Notes: generated from the letters alone by a model not told the origin. A DNA stretch of 64,000 nt from an uncultured Methanosarcinales archaeon (GCA_964645705.1 CAZYAB010000007.1:466-64465); one strand, 5' to 3'; positions 29,654-39,391 are shown, counted from the first letter of the stretch. Numbers and translations are program-made.

Positions 29654-29752
29654 TTACTTTTAAAATGTTTTAGAATATAGATTTGTCTGGTCGGGAATCG
29701 AACGAAGCAAAGCGTAGTGAGTTCTTCTGGCCAGACCCATTACTTTTAAAAT
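29643..29752. repeat. 24-bp direct repeat of the tRNA-Val 3' end flanking a 62-nt spacer
   Basis: GGCCAGACCCATTACTTTTAAAAT at 29643-29666 and 29729-29752. Confidence 0.9.
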
Positions 29753-30606
29753 CATGCATAAGAATAAACTAAATCTCTGAACACGTCGATTGCTCTCATT
29801 CCATTTCTGACTAAGTTGATAACAAAGTCAAATGCTAAGTCATGGAAATTGTTTTTTGCAGGATTAATTTGTATTATGTTTTTTCCAATTCCACCAATAT
29901 CATGTTCTCTTATTGTATCAAGCCATGCTAGTTCAAATGCAAATGCTTTTTCTTCTTCTTTTCTTCCGCCGAGTCTCTTACCCATTAGGTGTCCAAGTTC
30001 GTGTCCAATTGTTATCATAACTTTGTCTAAGCTATCTTCTTTAACAAAGATTTCATTAATTCTGTTTTTTTCATTTCTGTTGACTGCAAAACCAACAATT
30101 CCATCTGACCACATGCCGCCTAATTTGTTGTGTATTGATTTTAATTCTTTTTTGTCACAGATTCTGATAATAATATTGTCTGGTAATTTCTTTCCTAAAG
30201 TTTTTTCAAAACATTCTTCTACTAAGTCTTGAACATCTTTTGCTTTTCCAATAAACATTGTTGGAATTCTGTAGATTGATAAAAATGATTCAGGATCAAA
30301 AACATTTGTTGTCATTGCTGGTAATTTGAATTTTGCATACGGGTCACCATCTCCTGAACTTGGTGCAGAGTAGATTGGACCTGATAATTTTCCTGCTGCA
30401 TAACTTGCACTTCCTCTGTTAATCAAAGAAACTGCATTGTATGATTGTGATGGTGCAGCTACCATGTAGTCAATTGTTTGCATTGATTTGTTATAGGTTG
30501 AAGAACTAACACTATGCACTGGAACAGGATTGTGTGATGATGATTGATAATTGCATCCTGTGCAAAGTGCATCTATACTATATCCTGATGATTGTTGTGA
30601 GTACAT
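29752..30606 (-). CDS. Putative zinc metallopeptidase-like protein (HExxH) with Ser/Tyr-rich N-terminus
   Basis: TIGHELGH...EEEKAFAFE motif. Confidence 0.65.
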   Translation of the reverse strand: MYSQQSSGYSIDALCTGCNYQSSSHNPVPVHSVSSSTYNKSMQTIDYMVAAPSQSYNAVSLINRGSASYAAGKLSGPIYSAPSSGDGDPYAKFKLPAMTTNVFDPESFLSIYRIPTMFIGKAKDVQDLVEECFEKTLGKKLPDNIIIRICDKKELKSIHNKLGGMWSDGIVGFAVNRNEKNRINEIFVKEDSLDKVMITIGHELGHLMGKRLGGRKEEEKAFAFELAWLDTIREHDIGGIGKNIIQINPAKNNFHDLAFDFVINLVRNGMRAIDVFRDLVYSYA

Positions 30607-30623
30607 TTTGATTTTTAGTTATT

Positions 30624-30857
30624 TTATGCAGCTTGTTTATTCATCAAATATTCAACAAAAACTGAATAATGTTTAAATGTGCTTTTTGGAATTGTTTTTT
30701 GTCTGCCTACATCGATTGCTTTGACTGGTTTTCTTTCTTTATCTAGCACAAACAAGTATCCTTTATTGCTATGAGGAGATTTTGCAAATAATTTATTATC
30801 ATATAATTTTACTTGTTTACTTGTATCCAGTGCTTGTTGTTTGTACTTGTCCTTCAT
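30624..30857 (-). CDS. Hypothetical protein
   Basis: Part of the 107-aa ORF; ATG at 30857 after GGTGA minimises overlap with the upstream ORF. Confidence 0.45.
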   Translation of the reverse strand: MKDKYKQQALDTSKQVKLYDNKLFAKSPHSNKGYLFVLDKERKPVKAIDVGRQKTIPKSTFKHYSVFVEYLMNKQAA

Positions 30858-31212
30858 CTTTTTCACCAATATATTGTTTTGCATTTTTTCCATTATATGG
30901 TTTTTTATCAGACATGTTATTAAGGTATAATTGTATGCCCTTTTCAAGGTCAGAGTATAATGGATTGTCTTGTTCTAGATCATTGTATTTATTATCTAAA
31001 TCAAGATTTTCAAAAACACTGTCTGCTGCGTCTTGTCCAAGCATGTTTGTCAATGATTCATAACCTATTTTTAGTAAGTCATTAAGCATGTTTCCATATT
31101 GTTGCACTGCTTTTAATGAAGCTTGCATAAACTGTGTATATAGTTCTAACATTTCTCTGTGTTGGTTTCGTTCTGCTAAAGCAGGGGTATATAATTTAGA
31201 CATTTTGATCAC
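30817..31212 (-). CDS. Hypothetical protein
   Basis: 131-aa ORF with GGAGTG RBS. Confidence 0.6.
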   Translation of the reverse strand: MIKMSKLYTPALAERNQHREMLELYTQFMQASLKAVQQYGNMLNDLLKIGYESLTNMLGQDAADSVFENLDLDNKYNDLEQDNPLYSDLEKGIQLYLNNMSDKKPYNGKNAKQYIGEKDEGQVQTTSTGYK

Positions 31213-31363
31213 TCCAAATATAGTATATTTCTATTATTTATAAAGAAAATTGGGTTAAAACGGGGGGAAGTGAGACATTTTTATCATGTTTGTGTTTGTT
31301 TAGTCACTAATAAGTAATAAAAAACAAAACATTTATATACTGGAATCTACTACTATTTTATAT

Positions 31364-31483
31364 ATGACAGAACAAAATACATACATAGTAAAACTAAAAG
31401 ACGCGTACAAACCAGCTCAAAAACCAAAAGATGATGAAGATTCTAAAAAATATGGTTGGCGAGATGATTATTTTAAAAGATAA
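31364..31483 (+). CDS. Small hypothetical protein (39 aa)
   Basis: MTEQNTYIVKLKDAYKPAQKPKDDEDSKKYGWRDDYFKR; leaderless ATG ~30 nt after TTTATATA; below the ORF-track cutoff. Confidence 0.5.
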   Translation: MTEQNTYIVKLKDAYKPAQKPKDDEDSKKYGWRDDYFKR

Positions 31484-31498
31484 TTCGGGGTGTAAAAT

Positions 31499-31921
31499 AT
31501 GACAAGTATTTTGGAAATGAAAATAAAAGAACAATTCAATGTAAAAAAGGAATATGGAAGTGAAAATTGTAAAGATCTATATTCAAATATGGGTTCTAGT
31601 AAAAAAATTGATTTATTCCCATTTATGCTGAGTTTTTACGGAGAGCAAGCAGGAATTACTGAACAAACTCTTGCAAATGGCCAAGTAAAATACAGACTTA
31701 AAACACCTGTTGAAGGAGTTAATCCTGAAAATGTTGCTGGTGTTTGGATATCTAAAGATGAAGCAGAAAAAAGATTAAATGAAGAAATGAAAAGAGAAAT
31801 TTTTGCAAAAGATATAAAGAAAGGTTATGATAATCTTATAAATAAGGATCTGAAAAAAAACAAATTTTCACAATATTCAAAAATAAAAAATATTAAAAAT
31901 ATCAACAAAAGAAAAAAGTAA
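31499..31921 (+). CDS. Hypothetical protein
   Basis: 140-aa ORF with GGGGTG RBS. Confidence 0.65.
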   Translation: MTSILEMKIKEQFNVKKEYGSENCKDLYSNMGSSKKIDLFPFMLSFYGEQAGITEQTLANGQVKYRLKTPVEGVNPENVAGVWISKDEAEKRLNEEMKREIFAKDIKKGYDNLINKDLKKNKFSQYSKIKNIKNINKRKK

Positions 31922-31943
31922 ATAAAATATATTTTTTATTTTT

Positions 31944-33155
31944 TTATTGTTTCTTCTTAACCTTTACTTTAATCTTAAAATACTTCTTTGGTATAAACAA
32001 ATAAACAATAAACCAAGCAGTAAGTATTATTGTGGAAATTATACCAAACAAGAATATTGCTTGTAATAGTGTTAAAGCGTCTATTGCATATCCAAATACT
32101 GGACCAACTAAAGTAAAAGTCATTCTGTAGATAAGGCTTTTTATTGATAAGACAGTTGCTCGTTTATCTGCAAATGTGTATTCTAATATTGCGTGGTTAA
32201 GTATTGGGTTTAGTAAGCCTCTAACTAGTTGGTGGAATAATATGAATAAGAATCCTAGTTTTACAGCATAAAATGGTAATGTGAAGAATGGAATTATTAT
32301 GAATAGTGATATGATTATCAATGAATTGAATTTTCCAAATGTGTTTTCAAACCTGTCGCTTAGTGTTGAACCTATTGCTGCTGTGATATTAAATATTACA
32401 AATATAAAACCAAACTGATAAACTTCCCAACCAGACATTATTAAAAATGGCTGGTAAGCCCAAAACATGATGTGTGAACCAAATGTTAAAGCAGTAAATA
32501 TAACATACCATCTTATTAATTTGTGTTTTGAAACAAATTTAAATGATTGAAATATCAAGTGCCAATATTTAGGTTTATTTACTTTGATATAATGTTGTGG
32601 TTCTTTAAACCAAAAACTAAATATGAAACAACAAGCCATTGGTATTGCACTGTATATCACTGCATATCTTAGCTTGATTGCACCAATAAATGCTCCTATT
32701 AATGCACCTAAACCAGCAAATACAAGTAATAATGCTTTTGCCCTTCCTTCGTGTTTTTTAAATTCATTTTCTCTTTTTAATATTTTTAGTGTGTCAAATA
32801 ATAATGCAGAGTCTGCTCCTGATATTAATGACAAACCCAGTGCCCATGTTAATTCTGCAGCCATAAAATGATAAAAGTTAAATGCCGAACCATAGATAAT
32901 TGCACCTAAAACAAGAGAACCACTTCCATATATCATGCTTTGCTTTCTTCCTATTTTGTCTGCAACAGCGCCAGTTGGAACTTCTAATAATACGATGCAA
33001 ATTGAAAAAAATGATTGCAAAATCATTATTTCTGTAAAACTTAATCCATTTTCTTGTAAAAATAAAACAATGATAGGTGCAAAGAATAATAATTCTCTAA
33101 ATGCATTAAATACATAATATTTCCAGATGTTTGCTTGTATTAATTTTTTGTTCAT
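31944..33155 (-). CDS. MFS transporter
   Basis: ~12 TM helices; LEVPTGAVADKIGRK motif A; SGADSALLFD. Confidence 0.92.
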   Translation of the reverse strand: MNKKLIQANIWKYYVFNAFRELLFFAPIIVLFLQENGLSFTEIMILQSFFSICIVLLEVPTGAVADKIGRKQSMIYGSGSLVLGAIIYGSAFNFYHFMAAELTWALGLSLISGADSALLFDTLKILKRENEFKKHEGRAKALLLVFAGLGALIGAFIGAIKLRYAVIYSAIPMACCFIFSFWFKEPQHYIKVNKPKYWHLIFQSFKFVSKHKLIRWYVIFTALTFGSHIMFWAYQPFLIMSGWEVYQFGFIFVIFNITAAIGSTLSDRFENTFGKFNSLIIISLFIIIPFFTLPFYAVKLGFLFILFHQLVRGLLNPILNHAILEYTFADKRATVLSIKSLIYRMTFTLVGPVFGYAIDALTLLQAIFLFGIISTIILTAWFIVYLFIPKKYFKIKVKVKKKQ

Positions 33156-33260
33156 TGTTATCTTTTATTTGTCCACCAAGCCTTTCCCCCGGCCACCCGC
33201 CCCCGATATAATAAGGGACTGTGTTTTGGTGGTTTGTTTCTTGGGTTGTGGTCTGTTTCT

Positions 33261-33392
33261 TTATTCTACTTTTGGCAATCTTATTCTATTGCCCCAATTA
33301 AGATTTCTGTCAAATCTTTTTTGTTGTCTTATTTCTTTGTGTATAAAGAATTTTTTAATTAAAAAACTTTGTTTTAGATTGTTTTTTAACAA
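33261..33392 (-). CDS. Small basic ORF (43 aa) upstream of the MFS gene
   Basis: GAGGTG RBS then TTG; MLKNNLKQSFLIKKFFIHKEIRQQKRFDRNLNWGNRIRLPKVE. Confidence 0.4.
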   Translation of the reverse strand: MLKNNLKQSFLIKKFFIHKEIRQQKRFDRNLNWGNRIRLPKVE

Positions 33393-33435
33393 TTTATCAC
33401 CTCTAAGTTTTATTGGTATTTTTATTTTTTTTACT

Positions 33436-33906
33436 TTAATGTATTACAATCAATGATTGTGTTTTATCAATGCCTTCTATGTTTTGGATTTTTCCTAAAA
33501 GGGCTTTGTCATATTCTTTAACATCTTTGACTCTGATTATTGCAATGATATCTGTTCCACCAGAAACAATGTCTGCTTTTTCTACGAATTCAAATTTTCT
33601 AATCTCTTTGATTAAATCATATTGTGATTTTCTTTTTTGTTTTAATAATGGGAGATTGGCAGTTATCAGAACATAGCTGACAAAGTTGTTTTGTACTTTG
33701 TCATGATCTAACTCTATTGTGAATTTTTTAATAATTCCCTCACTTTTTAATTTTCTTATTCTGTTATGTATTGTTGTGGCTGGCAACAATGTTTTCTTAG
33801 CAATTTGTCTGGTTGTAAAATCACTATGATTCTTTAATATTTCAATAATCTGCCAATCTTTTTTATCCATTATATAGCCCATAATGGAACATATGTGCCA
33901 TATCAT
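33436..33906 (-). CDS. Lrp/AsnC family transcriptional regulator
   Basis: MDKKDWQIIEIL...IAKK..LPATTIHNRIRKLKSEGII; C-terminal RAM domain. Confidence 0.92.
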   Translation of the reverse strand: MIWHICSIMGYIMDKKDWQIIEILKNHSDFTTRQIAKKTLLPATTIHNRIRKLKSEGIIKKFTIELDHDKVQNNFVSYVLITANLPLLKQKRKSQYDLIKEIRKFEFVEKADIVSGGTDIIAIIRVKDVKEYDKALLGKIQNIEGIDKTQSLIVIH

Positions 33907-34024
33907 ATATAAATGTTTGTATTTCTGGCAAGATTTTCCATGTTTTTTGGAATAAATTTATATACTGTTTTTACCACTTAATAGTTATATAAGAAAAGTC
34001 GCATGGACTTAAAACATGGAGAAA

Positions 34025-34189
34025 ATGAAAATGAAAGAAAAATATGAAATTTCGAAAAAAAGTGAATCTATAGTAGATTTGTGTGAAGAAGCAAAAAGAA
34101 TACCTATGGCTAAAGCTGTTTATGTAGTTGGCGGTATGCTTTCACTTGCTAAGTCAAAAAGTTTCAAAGAAGCTATGGAAGAATGTTAG
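34025..34189 (+). CDS. Small hypothetical protein (54 aa)
   Basis: GGAG RBS; MKMKEKYEISKKSESIVDLCEEAKRIPMAKAVYVVGGMLSLAKSKSFKEAMEEC. Confidence 0.5.
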   Translation: MKMKEKYEISKKSESIVDLCEEAKRIPMAKAVYVVGGMLSLAKSKSFKEAMEEC

Positions 34190-34200
34190 AAAGGAGGAAG

Positions 34201-34587
34201 ATGAAAATGACAGAATACAAAATTAGAGTATGGGTTGATGGAATACTAGATGGACCTGTTTTTATCTGGAAATCTGATAAACCATTAGGCGGGATGAGAG
34301 AAGCTGGAAGTTATTGTTTGTTAACTTATTCACTTGAAGAATCTGTAAAAGAAATGGTAGAAGAAGTATCTGAACAAACAAAACCAGAAGATTCAATAGA
34401 TTTTGTAGTTGAGTTTGGTTCAGTATACACACATGCTACATTGATTGAACAAGAAAAAGAAGTTATCAAAGCTTGGGAAAGATTAGAATCTGAAGGTTAT
34501 CCCAGAATTGCAGAATCCCAGAAAAAAGTATTGTTGGATTTAGTTAAAAAACATTACAAAGGAAAAATTAAGGAGCCTGAACAATAG
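34201..34587 (+). CDS. Hypothetical protein, paralog of the next gene
   Basis: GGAGG RBS; MKMTEYKI...PVFIWK...LEES..EM...KPEDSIDFV. Confidence 0.7.
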   Translation: MKMTEYKIRVWVDGILDGPVFIWKSDKPLGGMREAGSYCLLTYSLEESVKEMVEEVSEQTKPEDSIDFVVEFGSVYTHATLIEQEKEVIKAWERLESEGYPRIAESQKKVLLDLVKKHYKGKIKEPEQ

Positions 34588-34607
34588 GCAAAAACTGTAG
34601 GAGGTAA

Positions 34608-35126
34608 ATGAAAATGACAAAATACAAAATAGAAGTTGGACTTGGAAAAACATGCTATGATGTGCCAGTGCTTATGTGGAAAGTGTATGATTTAGATAAA
34701 TCACATTCTTATTATGGCGCAACTAGTTTAGTTAGTAGAAGGTATCGTCATGATACTGGTTGGAAAGATGAAATAATGCAGCTCGAAGAAGCAATTGAAG
34801 AAATGTTTGAATTAATAAAACCAGAACCAGAGGATTCACTTGATTTTGTTGCAGATGAAGTGGTGAAGACGAGCACAATTAAATATTGGGAAGATCTTAA
34901 AGAGTATGGAATTGAATCAAGCGGAGATGAGATGAAAGCATATCTTTTAGAAAAGATCGAAGAAATGAAACCAGAAATGATAAGAAAATATGCTGAACCT
35001 AAGAAAGAAAAAGTTTGTGAACCGATACCAGATCTTAAAACTTTAATGGAAAGAGCTAGAAAGAAAAAAGAGAAATGGACTGTAAGACAAGCTGATGAAT
35101 TTTTTAGACCAATATGTAGATTTTAA
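34608..35126 (+). CDS. Hypothetical protein, paralog of the previous gene
   Basis: GGAGGT RBS; MKMTKYKI...PVLMWK...LEEA..EM...PEDSLDFV. Confidence 0.7.
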   Translation: MKMTKYKIEVGLGKTCYDVPVLMWKVYDLDKSHSYYGATSLVSRRYRHDTGWKDEIMQLEEAIEEMFELIKPEPEDSLDFVADEVVKTSTIKYWEDLKEYGIESSGDEMKAYLLEKIEEMKPEMIRKYAEPKKEKVCEPIPDLKTLMERARKKKEKWTVRQADEFFRPICRF

Positions 35127-35135
35127 AATAAAAAA

Positions 35136-35735
35136 ATGCTAACACAATTAATAACAGGAATAGTATTAGGATTGTCAGTTGCAATGCCGATTGGACCAGG
35201 CTGCATACAAATAATTAAAAAAGGTTTGAGAAAAGGTTTTTTATCTGCAATGTTAGTTGGTTGTGGATGTTTTAGCGCAGACCTGGTCTATATTGCATTG
35301 GCCTATTTCGGATTAGCAAGTTTTGCAAAGATTGCGCTAGTCAGGATACTGATGTTATTAATAGGCGGAATTGTTTTGGTATATATTGGTCTGAGAAGTG
35401 CGAAAAAAAAGATTAAAATTATATCAACAGAACAAAGAAGTGATTATTTGTCAGGCTTTATAATGGTTGGCGTTAGTCCGTTCAGTGCATTGTTTTGGTT
35501 AAGTGTAATAGGTTCAACAATGTCAAGTTCTGCATTTCCTATCTTGGTTGTGCTTGGAATTGCAATTGGAATGATGACTTGGTTTTTTATTTTATCTAGT
35601 TTATGCAGCCTCGGTAAAAAATATGTTTCGCCGAGATTATTAAAGTTTATTACCATGATTGGAAGTGTGTTTATAATCGGGTTTGGGATAAGGTTTTTGG
35701 TTTTGTTTATTGGTGAAGTGATAAGTTTTTTGTAA
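35136..35735 (+). CDS. LysE family amino acid exporter
   Basis: GLSVAMPIGP..IQIIKKGL..GF, ADLVY; ~6 TM helices. Confidence 0.9.
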   Translation: MLTQLITGIVLGLSVAMPIGPGCIQIIKKGLRKGFLSAMLVGCGCFSADLVYIALAYFGLASFAKIALVRILMLLIGGIVLVYIGLRSAKKKIKIISTEQRSDYLSGFIMVGVSPFSALFWLSVIGSTMSSSAFPILVVLGIAIGMMTWFFILSSLCSLGKKYVSPRLLKFITMIGSVFIIGFGIRFLVLFIGEVISFL

Positions 35736-35802
35736 AATTAAAGAAAGACTTATATATATAATTTGATTAAATTAGATTATTGAGTAAAAAAGAGGAAATC
35801 AT

Positions 35803-38289
35803 ATGAAACTTAGAGTAGATGTTTTTAGTTTGTTGGCTTTGTTTCTTGTAATTTTAATTATGCTTTCTAGTGTTTATGTTTTTGCTAGTGATGATGATTA
35901 TGAAGAATACGCTGGTGGCGGAGTTAGATATGATTCTAGTGATCCTTATAATAAAAATTTTTGGGAAAATCCTCACCAAAGTGATTTCAATAAAATCCCT
36001 AGACATGTGTGGAAACAAATGCCTGATGATGTGATTAATAGAGTGCCAAGAGACGGGAGATTTGAAAAAGCATTAAAGTCAAAATTCAAAGGATTCAAAG
36101 GAAAATTAAGAGAACTTTTAAGAAAAAAAGGACAAAGAGCAAGACTAGAAGATGGCAAACTAGTTGTTTATGAAGATGATGCAGATATCACTAACCTAGA
36201 TCTCGATGAGGAAAATATTGTTTCTGAGATTAATATGGAATCAGAAGGAGCACCAGAACAAACTACAACAGGAGAAGAAGAACCAGAGATAGAGATTGTT
36301 GAAGATGCTGTTATTGTTGACGAAACAAGACTTGAAGATGCAAGAAACATTAGGTATGAAGATGAAGTTTTAAAAGCAGACGCACCTGAGGATCAAGAAA
36401 TAACAGAAGTTGTTATTCACGAAGAAACAGAAGTTGATTATGAATTCACTGGAGAAGTTGAACATTTACAAGACGGTGAAACAATTTTGAGTGATGTTGA
36501 AAACCCTAAGTCTGTTGATGATGAAATAACATTTGATTATGCTGAAAAAGTTGAAACATTGGGTTATAAAGATTTGGTTTACTATGTTTTCTCCAGCATA
36601 AAGAATAGTAAACTTGTGGTTGACAGTGTTGGAAGATTGATGAGTGCTGTCGTTGTTTCTAATAAAGACAATAATGAACTAGAAATAGGAAAACAAGAAA
36701 TAGATGTTACACTTGATAAAGATGGTAAACTTAGTTTTGATGATGCAACATACACTATTGAAAAAGGAGAAATAAGTTATACAGGAGAAGAAGTAATAGA
36801 AACTGTTAAATCAGAAAAACCTGCTCAAGTAAATCTTGATTTCTCTCCACTAAACGGTTTTTATTCATTAAAACTAAGCAAAGATTCTAAGTATGAGCTA
36901 GAGTTTAAAGATGATTTTCATAAAGATTTTATGATAGTTCCAAAAGTTAATGATTATGTTATATTTATAAGAAAAATAGGCGAACAATCAATAGACACAA
37001 GTTCAATGACAACAAATGATTGGGCATTGGTTGATCTTGTTGAAAATAAAATTCTTATAAATGGGTTGGCTGATTTTTATAAAAAAGGTGATGCTGATTT
37101 TGTAAAAATCATTGAAACAACCGACCCAAGGAATAATTATTATCTGCAGTTTGGCGAAGATTTTATTTATTTTGATATGAAGCTTAGTAATAATAATGTT
37201 TTTTATAAGACAATTGCAAAAGTATTTTTTGGTGATTATGTTATAAAAGAGGAATTAATTGGCAACAGTGTCCACACTATTGCTGAATTTGTTCATGAAA
37301 ATATTCCTTCTTATGTCAAATCTTATGAGCATGAGTTTAATCTTGATTATGTTGGTTCTGTTATAATTTTTCAAAGCGGAAAATTAATGCAGCTTACTAG
37401 CACTAATATGATTACTTTGTTTTCTTCTGAAATTGCTGATTCAAATTATGTGAATGAAGTGGGGGAATACAAACCAACTTGGTGTGATGAATTTAATGAC
37501 TACTATTATAGTAATCTTGGATTGACTCATTATTTTGATTCTTTTATGAGCTTGGGCATTGTAACTGGCGGTGTTGTTAAAGATCTAAACTCTGATGTTA
37601 GTTCTTATTTTGCGATTTTTATTGTTTTATTTGCTATTTTGTTTGCTTTGTTTGTTTTTAAGCGGTTTAATAAAAAGTCACAAATTAGCTGGATAATTGC
37701 AGTAGGAATTGTTTTGGTAATAGTATTTACATTATTGTTTGAATTAGCAGGATATTCATTGTTATATGAAGATGCAAGTGCAATGTCTGTAAAAGAATAT
37801 ACCACTAGTTGCGTGAGCAAGGTTGTGCATTGTTCATTAATGAACCAGGGATTTAATTACAGGTATCTGAAAAAGAATTTTTATTCTGTTGATAATAATT
37901 TGTTTCAGGTAACTACTAAAGATTATCTTGATAAGGTTTTGATGAAATGTTATGATGACATGCCTCCTGAGCACAAAGATTATGTTACTGTTAACAAGTT
38001 TGATTCAAATGTTAGGTTTTCTAACAGAGTTTTGATTGAAATAAATACAGACATTAGTTATGAAGATGATCAGTACAGAGAAAAGTTCAATGTTTTTAAA
38101 CTAAGCGTTCCAATAAAAATGAATGATTTAGTAAGGTTTGCAGAAACTATTGATAAAATTGATTTATCATATCTTGGCGAGTCTGGATATAATATAAGGG
38201 TTTATGAGATGGAAAATGAACCTTTGTATGTTATCACAGACCCGGGTTCTAAATTATTTGACAAGGAATTTAAGTTGTTAGTACAATAA
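35803..38289 (+). CDS. Large secreted/membrane protein with an internal class III-like signal and C-terminal pilin-like domain
   Basis: N-terminal signal; acidic extracellular region; TM helix followed by KRFNKKS|QISWIIAVGIVLVIVF. Confidence 0.7.
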   Translation: MKLRVDVFSLLALFLVILIMLSSVYVFASDDDYEEYAGGGVRYDSSDPYNKNFWENPHQSDFNKIPRHVWKQMPDDVINRVPRDGRFEKALKSKFKGFKGKLRELLRKKGQRARLEDGKLVVYEDDADITNLDLDEENIVSEINMESEGAPEQTTTGEEEPEIEIVEDAVIVDETRLEDARNIRYEDEVLKADAPEDQEITEVVIHEETEVDYEFTGEVEHLQDGETILSDVENPKSVDDEITFDYAEKVETLGYKDLVYYVFSSIKNSKLVVDSVGRLMSAVVVSNKDNNELEIGKQEIDVTLDKDGKLSFDDATYTIEKGEISYTGEEVIETVKSEKPAQVNLDFSPLNGFYSLKLSKDSKYELEFKDDFHKDFMIVPKVNDYVIFIRKIGEQSIDTSSMTTNDWALVDLVENKILINGLADFYKKGDADFVKIIETTDPRNNYYLQFGEDFIYFDMKLSNNNVFYKTIAKVFFGDYVIKEELIGNSVHTIAEFVHENIPSYVKSYEHEFNLDYVGSVIIFQSGKLMQLTSTNMITLFSSEIADSNYVNEVGEYKPTWCDEFNDYYYSNLGLTHYFDSFMSLGIVTGGVVKDLNSDVSSYFAIFIVLFAILFALFVFKRFNKKSQISWIIAVGIVLVIVFTLLFELAGYSLLYEDASAMSVKEYTTSCVSKVVHCSLMNQGFNYRYLKKNFYSVDNNLFQVTTKDYLDKVLMKCYDDMPPEHKDYVTVNKFDSNVRFSNRVLIEINTDISYEDDQYREKFNVFKLSVPIKMNDLVRFAETIDKIDLSYLGESGYNIRVYEMENEPLYVITDPGSKLFDKEFKLLVQ

Positions 38290-38323
38290 GTTTTATAAAA
38301 TTATTGTGTTTACCTATTTTATT

Positions 38324-39391
38324 ATGAAGCTTATAAAAGAACAAGGCACTGAATTTTATACTCTAGAAATAGATAAATTAGGTAAGAGGAGTGGGTTTTA
38401 TAATCCTAAGATGAAGTTTAATAGAGATATTTCTGTTCTGTTGTTAAAAGCTTTTGGTAGAACTAAAATGAATATTGCTTTGCCATTTGCTGCAACTGGT
38501 GTAAGAGGTTTGAGATTTTTTAATGAACTTGGAAACTCAGTGGAAATGGTAAATTTTAATGATAAAGATGAAAAAGCAGTTGATTTAATACATCGAAATG
38601 TGGAACACAATAATATAAATAAAAATAAATACACGATTTCGTGTAAAGAAGCAGACCCTTTTATCTTAGACCAGACTGGTTTGGATTATATTGATGTTGA
38701 TCCGTATGGAACTCCGCTTAAATTCTTGGATTCTGCTGTAGAAAGAATGAAGTCTGGTTCAATAATTGCTGTGACTGCAACTGACCTGGCTGCTTTGACT
38801 TCAAATGTAAAATCATGCAAAAGAAAGTATGATGCAGTTCCTTGTAATAATGAAATTAAGCATGAGATTGGTCTTCGTATTTTGGTAAGAAAGTGTCAGT
38901 TAGTTGGAACATTGTATGAAAAAGCTCTTGTCCCTCTACTTTGTTTTTACAAAGATCATTATTATAGATGCTTTTTTAAGGTTGTGATTAATAATAGAAC
39001 TATTTGTAATGAACTTGTTAATAATCATAGATATTTTTTATATTGTAAAAAGTGTTTGAATCGTTTGGTGAGTGGTCTTAATTCTGGTACTTGTAAATGT
39101 GGGTCACCTTTTACTTATTTTGGTAGAATATTCTGTGGTAGTCTTTATGATCATGATTTGATTAGAAAAATGTATTCAATTAATAAGAATCATGAATTGA
39201 TTGATTTTTTGCAATTGGTGTTGGGTGAAAGTAGGCGGAATGTGATTGGGTTTTATGATATGAAGAAAATAAATAAAGTGTTTGGTTTGAATGGTGTTAA
39301 GATGAATGATTTGATTAGATTGAATAAAGGCGTTAAAACACATTTTTCAGTTTCTGGGTTTAAGTGTGGAGATTTTTCATTAAGTAAATAG
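38324..39391 (+). CDS. trm1: tRNA (guanine26-N2)-dimethyltransferase
   Basis: FYNPKM.FNRD, ATGVRGLRF, IDVDPYG, VTATD, HE.GLRIL, DHYYR, CxxC. Confidence 0.92.
   Translation: MKLIKEQGTEFYTLEIDKLGKRSGFYNPKMKFNRDISVLLLKAFGRTKMNIALPFAATGVRGLRFFNELGNSVEMVNFNDKDEKAVDLIHRNVEHNNINKNKYTISCKEADPFILDQTGLDYIDVDPYGTPLKFLDSAVERMKSGSIIAVTATDLAALTSNVKSCKRKYDAVPCNNEIKHEIGLRILVRKCQLVGTLYEKALVPLLCFYKDHYYRCFFKVVINNRTICNELVNNHRYFLYCKKCLNRLVSGLNSGTCKCGSPFTYFGRIFCGSLYDHDLIRKMYSINKNHELIDFLQLVLGESRRNVIGFYDMKKINKVFGLNGVKMNDLIRLNKGVKTHFSVSGFKCGDFSLSK

Noticed and set aside
29643-29752. Intact provirus or integrative element at tRNA-Val
   Set aside because: Only 62 nt separate the repeats and no integrase is present in the window; kept only as a scar-like finding.
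30624-31212. Programmed frameshift joining the two overlapping ORFs
   Set aside because: An internal ATG with a GGTGA RBS at 30857 explains the second ORF, and no clear slippery site plus structure was seen.
33166-33392. Stop-codon readthrough of the 43-aa uORF into the GC-rich leader
   Set aside because: The frame stays open for 31 more codons, but TAA is a normal stop across this window and there is no recoding evidence.
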